The notes under the pieces are model-generated. The model was not told the DNA's origin. It saw only the letters and a program-made list of their open reading frames with translations, and made no database searches. Positions 54,611 through 64,000 of a DNA stretch of 64,000 nucleotides are shown here, piece by piece. The stretch is from the human T2T-CHM13v2.0 reference genome, Homo sapiens. Location: assembly GCF_009914755.1 (NCBI RefSeq), contig NC_060938.1; one strand, given 5' to 3'. How positions within the stretch are numbered: the stretch's first letter is position 1; each line of letters begins with the position of its first letter. Made by a program: the position numbers and the translations under genes.

Positions 54611-55506
54611 TTGGTCTCCTGGCAAGCCAGCAGTAGGTCTGGAATCCAACCAGGTCCTTCTGAGCGAGTCCAAGACTGCTCTTCTCACTACACATGCAGC
54701 TCCCGTAGATGTTCGAGTCATTGCCAGGCATGTCACGGACGTCTCCAGTGTGAAGCCACCATAGGACCGTGTATGCCTAGATCGGGGACTGGTAAGATTC
54801 CAGGATTTGTCCTGAGAATCAGGGGTCTCTGCAGGTCCTCCCTATCTTTCAAGGTCTGGAAGGAATACTTAACCCACATAACATCTACCCTGTTTAAAGT
54901 GAGGGTGGGTGGTGCTCTCCTTCCTCTAAATCCCCATAGCACCATACATGCAGCCCTCTGAAATGCCAATCTAACATCGCAGTCATGTCTCCACTTCTTA
55001 CTCTCCCTAAGCAAGAAACACTTTGCTTCTGTTTCCCCTTTGTATTCCCCATGATTTTTTGGCACCTAGAAGGCACTTGGTAAACATTGGGAGAGAGAGA
55101 GATGGATGAACCAGTGATTAAATAAATGCTCAATAAAGATCTGGTGACTAGATCTCCAGTTCAGTTCATACAGTTCAGGCTTTTGGATGCTTTCTGTTGT
55201 GTGCTGTTATTTCCTTTGTGAAATCTCGTTTTCCCACCTGGGACCGAGAGTTCATTTGCATGGGGCCTAGGCCTTCCATTTCTTCTGTGATCACAAAGCA
55301 GCTAGCCTATCTCACTCATTTTTAAGAGAGACTGGTTGAGTGTGGAACTAGTGCGTTGGCATAATCAATGAATTTGATAAGGAATTTCCCTTTGGTAATT
55401 GACTTTTTGGAAGAGTTTGGAAGAGTTCCAGTTGTTATATTTCCCTTTTCTTTGGGGAAATGGAAATACAGGAAATCTAGAAATCAAGAAAACAATGCAG
55501 TTACTA

Positions 55507-55866
<360 letters not shown>

Positions 55867-58800
55867 TTATGTGAGTGGGCACCACAAATAAGCAGCACTT
55901 CTGGAAGACCTCAAGAGGGCAAAGTCACTCCCCTCCCCCATAGTTACAGACACTTCCTCTCCTGAGAGGGCAGGTGGAATCGTGGGGATGCCCTTGTTTC
56001 TGTGACCAGCATCCTGGCAATGCCTGTGATGTAGACAACTCAGCCTCCAGTCTGCAATTACTCCTTTTTGATGAAGTGGCCCTTATTCCTGGGCTTTCTT
56101 CCCAGGCCATGCAACAACTGTCACTGGTCTAGTCAGCCCTCTGCCTGCGTAAATGACCCAAGAGCCTCCCCCAGTGTTCCCTAGTTGTGTGTGTTTGCAG
56201 CCACACAAACACGCATTCAGGGAGACGGGACGGTGGAATTCAAGCCCTCTGATGGATTTTGCATCTACCATTTTTTTCTGTGATAGTCAGAGTCACTTCC
56301 TATGGCCTTTGATCCTTCTTTTGCCAGGTTTTTCCAGGAGCTTCTCTGCTCCCAGAAGTCCTTTAACTCCCATTCATCTCTCTAGAAGCCTCTGATACCC
56401 TGGCATATATGTTCTTTCTAATATTGCCTGTCTTCCAAAACAAAGATACAATAAACTTAGCGACATTGATTCACACACATACCTTAAGGGGAAAAAGGAG
56501 GAAAATTCAAGAAGGTCCTCTATTTATTGCACAGAAAACCAACTAGAAATAAGGGACTTGCCACTCACAGTTCATATCGATGTGATGCATCTTAAAGACA
56601 CGACTTGTGGTTTTCAAATGAGCTGCTCTCTCTATCAAGCCTTGCAGGTGGCACAATCTCTGCCCCCAAATCCCTTTCTCCTTTTTTCCATTTAACTAAT
56701 TCCTACTAATTCCTTAAGAGTCTGGTATCACTTCCTCTGGGAAGCCTTACCCAATCCTGTCACTCTGGGTGAGGAGTCTCTCCTATCTGCTCCCTCTTTT
56801 ACAACTGTTTTTATAATGATATATGTTATAGTGCCCCGACAAACTCATGGAAATACTGGAACAATAATTGTCTGCTGACTTACTCTTTGATGCTCAATGG
56901 CTAGAACATAGTGGACACTCAACAAATGATTTTTTTTTTGGGGGGGTACAAATGAATTACAAAATGATTTTAAAAGAACTGTATCACTTTAAAATGGGCT
57001 TGATCTTTGAATGATAAAGCACCCATATTTGCAGAGTTGGGGTGGCATAGATTAGATACCAAGCAAAAGAACAAGAGACAATGGAGGAAGTGATTTTCAC
57101 TCACCTTATTTCAAAATCTGACTGAACAGACGGAAGTCAACAAAATGTAATTCATTCAAATAGCATACTATGTATGCTTCCAAACCTAATGGATGAAATT
57201 TATATCTTTTCTATCTTCATAATGAAAATTCAAGGACAAAGTAAAAAACAATGATTAGTCACATTATTTAAGTATGAAATGAACACAAAGACTCAAGTTT
57301 ATATGATGTTTTCATGCTGTTTTCACAGATTGCTTCATATGTAGTCATGTGATAGGGGTGGGGGCATAAAGAATTTTGGTATTTTCTCTGCAACTAGAGG
57401 AGGCCTGAGGTCTGATGTATTTGAGCTGCTCTGAGAGGTGCCTCGCTTCCTATCCAGCCCCGAGGGTTAGCCGCTCTGAGGAGTAATGTATGCTTTTTCA
57501 TATCTCCCCAGTAATTAGGCAATTTTTATGTACGAGATGGTTTATAGCACACACACCTACATCATTCTGACCTTTCTTCTGTTTACCTGCAGCGTGTGGT
57601 ATTTTAGGAAGTGACTTTTCTTGGTGAGTGACAGTGTCACACTGCTTGCCGGCTTCCGTGGAAAGCAGGGCAGCCAGCCACCCTGGTTGCCCTCAGGAGC
57701 AGGAACTGTAGACCTCACAAAGGCGCCTCAATCTGCAGTCCCCAGCTTGGAAATGCCAGTCTTTCTCTGTGATGCCCTGTGTGGTTCTGGGGTTTTGTTT
57801 TCAATAGTTCACAGCATGTAATTTTGAGAGCCGAAGTGGACATTGTAGAACTATCGTTTCCTCCTTGAGGTGAGGGTTCTGGACTGGGGGCTTACATACC
57901 AGTATTAGAGAGGTGGCATGCGGGTGGGGGAGGCTCCTCTGTACATGAAGGCAGGTGCTCAATGCACTGAAGGAGGAGAAGCTTGTGACTAGTATGCTGG
58001 TTTAGAAATGGGCTCTTGGTCCCCATTGTCTATCTAGGTTCAGAATCTTGCTCCTTTCTTAAAAAGGATTTTGCAAACGTTTTTAATGGAAAGTGCTTTG
58101 TTCCTTTCCCTGGCACTGACCGTATACAAGGTGTGGCTTTTAATGAATGATCAGACTTTTAAAAACAAACATTCCACATTGCTTGCATCTTAATCAGTAT
58201 GTGGTCTGTCAAAGTAAACAGAGTCTCCTATTGCTCCCTCACTCTCAATTCAAACCGTGGGATGTTTTAGGCTCCTCTGGCAGGCCTTGTGCTACAAGAA
58301 TCTGAAGTGAAAATGAGCATGTTGAGATGAGAGTGAATAAGTTGGCTGAGTCCTCAAGGCAGAGGTGGTGACAGAATCAGCTTAATAATCTCAATGAATG
58401 GAGGGCAAGTGCCACCCACAGACATAGTCCTTGGTCTTCCAGCACCAGGCACCCTGCTCAGAGTAGCTGAAGATGGAGGTTCCCTTCCCCTGGGCAGAGG
58501 TGAGGAAGGGGGCAGACTGAGATGTACCCTCTTCCTACAAGAGCACATTTCTTTGAACACGCTCAGTGCAGTGGCCATCATCAACTTTGAGGGTACATTT
58601 AATGTTGCAAATGCTTCCAAATTCTTTAGAGCCAAATTTAGCAACAAAATGGATAGTCGTGCTAAGGAATATAGCACCTGGGATAAAAACAATGTATTCC
58701 TGTAAAAACAAAAGCATTATATGGCTTACAAATGGACTCCAGTGGCAATTCTAAAATAAGAATCCAAATGAGGTTGGAGCAATGACAGCCAATTTCCCCA

Positions 58801-60355
58801 GAGGATATCATGAAAGCTTCCACGGAAGCACAGAAGTGAACGTATTTGCCAAACAATTGGACAGCACACAAGCATGAAAACTATGGATACCGAGTCAAGG
58901 CTGGGGACTTGAGGTTAGTCCACACTCTGCTATATACCCTTGGCACATGGGTCCTGGAAAACCTCTTCCTTTCCTGCAGTAGGCAGCATTTGTTTACTGC
59001 TCTAACTGGAATGTCTTAGCCTCCCTCTTCAACAGGTTGACTTCTAGGCATCCTTCAGGACTCAACTTGACTTTCATTTCCTTTCACTTCCTCAATCCCC
59101 AGAGAGTTACTGTCTTCTGTGCTCCATCTTGCATGTGTATAAATCTCTATAATGTTGACTTTCCCACTGCATTATTATAATTTTTTGCTTTTTGGTTTTC
59201 CCCATCCATGCCCCCATGTTGTGAACATCTTGAAGGCAGGTGTTGCTGTATTCATGTCTGTATTTCCAATGCTTGGCATATAGTAGATGTGCAGTAACAT
59301 GCTTCATGATCCAATTTTGATGAATCTAGTGTCCTCATTTGTTTCTTGTCCTTTTAAACTCACAGGGTCAGGAAAAATGAGAGAAAAGATGTGAGAATTC
59401 TGTGATCGTCTGTGTGGTTGCTGCATGCACACACAAATAATGCTGCGATTTCTGTACACTGATAACTGTGTGGACATATCTCATGGGCCATGTTTCTTGA
59501 ACATTAGTGTGTGGCTGGCACTGAGGGAGTGCCTCAGATCTGTAGAGCTGGTTCCCTTAATGAAATCCACTTCTAGATCCATTGTATAGCTCAACCCTGC
59601 CAGAAATACTCCTGTTTAAGTATGATATGTAACAAGTATTATTTGAAAGTCAATTACCAAAAGGACACCACTGCAGAATAAAAAGGAACTAACTGTGGAA
59701 AATTAGAAAGCTACTCAGAGCAGTCTTTAGTCTCAATTAGCCACATTTTCCTGTCTTCTAGCAGCTGAACTCAGAGTGTCATTTGAGTAGGAGCTTGGGC
59801 CTGGCAGCTCACGGCACTCTGTTGCTTCTGAGGTCCCCAATTATGCAATAATGGTAATCACTGATGGAGGGCTTGGTTGAGAAATGCCTGTTTCCTCATG
59901 TCTAGAGCTCAGTAATCATAGGGGAGGAGTATGTCAGCACAGGATTCGTTGATTTCAAATTATTGTTTGAGAAGGAGCTAAGTGAGATCAGGCTTTTACA
60001 GACTGGATTGCGGAGGCTGAGGCTTGGGGATGCCACCTTCAGAGGGTGCTACAGGCGGACAGCCCTGACCACTCTCTGAAAGATCTGCTCAAAGCCTGCA
60101 CTCTGTCCTCCATCCCCAAAAGTTCGAGGGCCATTTGAGACAGAGCAGAAACCTACTTCTGGCATAGCCCACTTGCCACTCAAAATAACTAGTTCTTATC
60201 ACAGAGGGCTGGGAAGTAAGGATATGGAATGGGACAGGCTGGTTTCCCATTTCTCACACCCAGTAGGGCTTCCAGTCTTTCATCAAATCTGGTCATTAGC
60301 AGAGGCCTCCTGAGTTCTCTTTAGATGCCTTTGCCATTTCTGAAATAGCAAGGGC

Positions 60356-60842
60356 AGTCATAGATTGCAAAAATGGCCACACATTCTTCCCCTCCTATTA
60401 AGGGGTGGAGCCTGTTTCTCTACTTCTTGAAGCTGGGTTGGCCATGTGATGTGTTTTGGCCAATGGGACATATTTGCAAAATGATACAAGCAGAAGCTTG
60501 AATAGTGCTTGTACACTGGGGTTTGCTTTATCTTTTTGCACTTGGAAACACTGCAGCTGCCACCACATGAACAAGCTTGAATTGATCTGCTGGACGTTGA
60601 GAGAGACACATAGCCCAGGTACCCTGTAACCCCAGCTACAGCCAGATAACCATACAACATGCGAGTGAGGTCATTGATTGCCAACTTGAGCAGGAGTGAG
60701 CCCAGCCAAGACCAGCAGAAGAACCTCATAGTTGATCAAGATGATCCCAAATTGCCAAACTACAGAGTCATGAGTTAAATAAAAGATTGCTGTTTTAAGT
60801 CACTAATTTTGGTGGGCTTGTTATGTAGCAAAAACTGATACA
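60356..60842 (+). mobile_element. MLT1G/H-like MaLR solo LTR
   Basis: gattgcaaaaatggccac..ttcttcccctcc..ttggccatgtga..ttggccaatggga..gattgctgttttaagtcactaattttgg..aactgataca. Confidence 0.75.
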
Positions 60843-60849
60843 TGACTAT

Positions 60850-61070
60850 TATGTTACCATCATGCCAGGTACTGTCCTAAACACCACACGTATGAACTCA
60901 TTTCATCCTCTCAAAACCTTATGAAGGAGGTACTATTTTCATCCCCATTTTGCAGATGAGGAAGCTGAGATTGAGTGACTTGCACAAGGTTACAAGGCTT
61001 GTGTGGGGAACAGGGGCCACACCTGGCAGCCGGGCTATGAAGTCTACACTCCTAACCATTGCACCCACTG
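60850..61070 (-). mobile_element. MIR
   Basis: gccaggtactgtcctaa..atccccattttgcagatgaggaagctgag..gtgacttgcacaagg. Confidence 0.75.
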
Positions 61071-61620
61071 CTGCTGTCAGGCAGGTCTGAGAATGTCTCA
61101 GCTCTACCCAGACCCTACAGTAGCCACCCCAGTGCCTCAGGAAGCACGCTACACTCCTTGGCATGGGATATAAGGCCTTTCATGATTTCATTTATTCAAC
61201 AAAGCTTTTACTGAGGTCTACTACATGCAGGCACTGGGGATGTGGCAAAGGAGAAAGCACACAAAAATCCCTGCCCTCATGGATTTTACAGTCTTTGGGG
61301 GCAGAAAGAGACAACAAGTAAATAAGCAAAATAATCAGTTTGTTAGGAGGGTGGCTGGAAGGAAGGGCAGATGGACAGTGGCTCGGGGACAGAAGCTCTG
61401 TGCCTTGCCTATAGGTCAGACAGAATGGGGGTGTGGCAGAGATGCCTGTGATTGTCTGTCCAGCAAGCCTGCCCCTGTGCTGAGCTCAACCATGCCTGCT
61501 CGTCCACACATTTACCTGCAGCCAGTAAGGCCACCTGACTGCCATGTAGCTTCATGGCATGAGATGGGATTTCCCCCTCCCCACTGGTTGGTGCACCGCC
61601 TCCCATGTTCTCCCAATATA

Positions 61621-61678
61621 CAGAGCCTCTCTACTTCTTGCAGGCATGGCAGAGCCTCTCTACTTCTTGCAGGTATGG
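61621..61678. repeat. 29-bp tandem duplication (one mismatch)
   Basis: CAGAGCCTCTCTACTTCTTGCAGG(C/T)ATGG x2. Confidence 0.95.
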
Positions 61679-62339
61679 CCCTGGGTTCCAGTTCCTTGGG
61701 ATTTCTTCTGCCTCCCTTTTCTGGCCTGAAACTTTGATAGGTACATGGAGAAAAAGGCACATCATGGAGAGACCACAAGTTTTGGAGCCTCACACCTGGG
61801 CTCAAATCTCAGCTGGTTCTTATAAGCTGTGGGTCCCCAGGCAAGAGAGTTCCCCTTTCTGAACCTTAGTGTCTGCCCTTGTAAAGTGAGGGCAATCTCT
61901 CTGCCTTGGCAGTGTCGTGAGGCTAAGCCTATCATGAGGCTAATCCGGTACACAGTAGGTGCTCATAAATGGGAGGTCTCTCTCTCCTGGACTCGATTCC
62001 CCATTCCACTCTCTCAGATCCTTGGTTTCCCCATCTCTGCACTACAGATGGTAGGAGTTGTGAGTATTAAATGAGTGTAACATGTGACCTCTCAACTTTT
62101 GCAAGACCCCTTTCTTGTTTTTATCATTGTCGTTCTTGTTAATTACTTATGTAGTTACTCCACTTTCTCTCCACTCTCTTCTCCTTTTCTCCTCCCTCCA
62201 TATAAGCAACTGTTCCAGTAAGTTTTGTGGAAATTACCGTTTTGATTTACATGAACAGTTGTGTGTGTGTGCCCTCTGTCCAGTGCTTCTAGCTGCTACA
62301 CAGAGCTCCATGGCGTGTCTCTGCTTCATTTTCCCCATT

Positions 62340-63098
62340 TATGTTAGTCTGTTCTCAGACTGCTATAAAGAAATACCTGAGACTGGGTAATTCATAAATA
62401 AAAGGGGTTTAATTGGTTCATGGTTCTACAGGCTGTACAGGAAGCATGGGGGCTGGGGAAGCCTCGAGAAATTTACAATCATGGTGGGAGGTAAAGGGGA
62501 AGGAGGCATGTCTTCACATGGCTGGAGCGGGAGGAAGAGGAAGAGCAAGGGGAGGTGCCACACACTTTTAAACAACCAAATCTCAAGAGAACTCTATCAC
62601 CAGAACAGCACAAAAGGGAGAAAACCGCCCCTGTTTTAGTCCGTTCTCACACTGTTATAAGGTCATACCCGAGACTGTGTAATTTGTAAAGGAAAGAGGT
62701 TCAATTGACTCACAGTTCCACAGGGCTGGGGAGGCCTCAGGAAACTTACAATTATGGTGGAAGGGGAAGTAAAGATGTCCTTCTTCACATGGTGGCAGGC
62801 AAGAGAACCTGTGCTGGGGAACTGCCCTTTATAAAACCATCAGCTCTCGTGAGACTTATTCACTCTCATGAGAACAGCATGGGAAAACTCGCCCCCATGA
62901 TTCAATTACTTCCTACCAAATCCCTCCAATGACATGTGGAGATTATGGCAGCTACAATTTAAGATGAGATTTGGGTAGGGACACAGCCAAACCATATCAG
63001 CCCTCATGATCCAGTCATCTCCCACGAGGCCCCACTTTCAACATTGCATTACAATTCAACATGAGATTTGGGTGGGGACACAAATCAAAACTATATCA
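62340..63098 (-). mobile_element. MSTA/B-like solo LTR split by a nested THE1 LTR
   Basis: ttagtctgttctcagactgctataaagaaatacctgagactggg..ggctgtacaggaagcatg; resumes at ~63005 and ends aaactatatca. Confidence 0.88.
62632..62999 (-). mobile_element. THE1 (C/D-like) solo LTR nested in MST
   Basis: TGttttagtccgttctcacac...ggacacagccaaaccatatCA; 5-bp TSD GCCCC / GCCCT. Confidence 0.9.
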
Positions 63099-63719
63099 CT
63101 GTCATTCCCAGATGGCTACCAAATCCACAAACACCATGTCTTAGAGATTCGAAGATGCACATTGTTGATTATTTTAACATCTCACACTGGGTGGCTTCTT
63201 GTGCTTGCTGTCTTCAGTAGTGACAGTTGCTACTGCCTGCCCTGCACAAACATTATCAGTATTAATGTTGGAACTGGCTCAAGGGGCGACTGTACCCTGG
63301 AAGCATATCAGGAGGTGATAGTGGAGCATGCTGAAGAAATGCTTCATGATCACACTCTTGAAGGCAGTGCTGTGTGGGTAAAGATGGACACTGATAACTT
63401 CTGGGTCAGAAGGTGATTCAGAGAGCTGGGCTTGGGATGTGAGGGAGAGCTAAAAGACTCACTCAATTTGCTTTACTTCTATTTTTCTTTCTATATATGC
63501 CTAAGGGTGAAAAATGATTTGAAAAAAAACCCATATCAATGAGGTTAAAAGATTCAAAATAGGCATTTTTGAATTCCAATTGTATAAAAGTCTCTGACGG
63601 GAGAGGATTTTTTCATTGTTTTTCCTTTCTTAGTGTTACATAAAATACTGGTGTGTCTCACAGTGGAATGAGCCTTGGTTTGAAGGGAATACAGTGATCC
63701 TGCAGAATGACCTTCTAAG

Positions 63720-64000
63720 TCACCATGTAGGCCACTGTGGGAATTCCTGTGGACTGTAAACCTGGAAGTGGAATTGTTTGTGGCACAGGATGTCTAGTTT
63801 GGCTAAGTCGTGCCATGTCATATCTTCACCAGCACTTGGCACAACTCATCTTTCTAATTTTTGTGAGTCTAATATGTGTACAGTGATCTTTGTTTTAAAT
63901 AGCATTTCTCTAATTGCTAATACTTTTGAGTGTCTCTTCATGTACTTGCTGGTTCTTTTGTTTTCTTCCTCTGTAAGTTGCCTGTTCTTTTCTTTTGCCC
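63720..64000 (-). mobile_element. Old L1 (L1ME-like) fragment, runs off the window
   Basis: tcttcaccagcacttgg..tttaaatagcatttctctaatt..ctgtaagttgcctgttc. Confidence 0.6.

Noticed and set aside
58354-58754. Overlapping ORFs of 60-112 aa on both strands
   Set aside because: No recognisable domain or exon structure; lengths are compatible with chance.
61225-61737. 170-aa ORF, the longest outside L1
   Set aside because: Starts in an L2-like remnant and crosses a tandem duplication; no protein family resemblance.
63006-63416. 136-aa ORF
   Set aside because: N-terminus is MST LTR sequence; the remainder has no recognisable homology.

Overview
Primate (almost certainly human) genomic DNA containing the 3' part of VRK1 (vaccinia-related kinase 1) on the + strand. 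Nine coding exons (exons 5-13 in the usual numbering) are readable with GT-AG boundaries and consistent phases from 1077 to the TAA at 35023-35025, followed by a ~0.4 kb 3' UTR with AATAAA at 35395. The remaining ~28 kb has no recognisable protein-coding gene and is rich in repeats (Alu, L1, L2, MIR, MaLR/ERVL LTRs, MER DNA transposons). Best leads: (1) a frame-preserving 72-nt cassette exon in intron 12 (31316-31387) with strong splice signals, resembling a segment of the long mouse Vrk1 isoform; it would split the Arg-rich tail and add two SQ sites. (2) An L1PA2-type insertion ~1.4 kb past the poly(A) site with a twin-priming 5' inversion, target-site duplication and an apparent 43-bp 3' transduction. 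(3) Two adjacent perfect 13-bp-arm palindromes within a hairpin cluster in intron 11. (4) A possible intronic-polyadenylation isoform that swaps the NLS and C-tail for a hydrophobic tail. (5) A hairpin-occluded in-frame 21-nt microexon candidate in intron 8. (6) Several repeat-free, enhancer-like blocks. I see no wholly new multi-gene system. Repeat family calls and old-repeat boundaries are by eye and approximate; cross-species comparisons are from memory and need checking.
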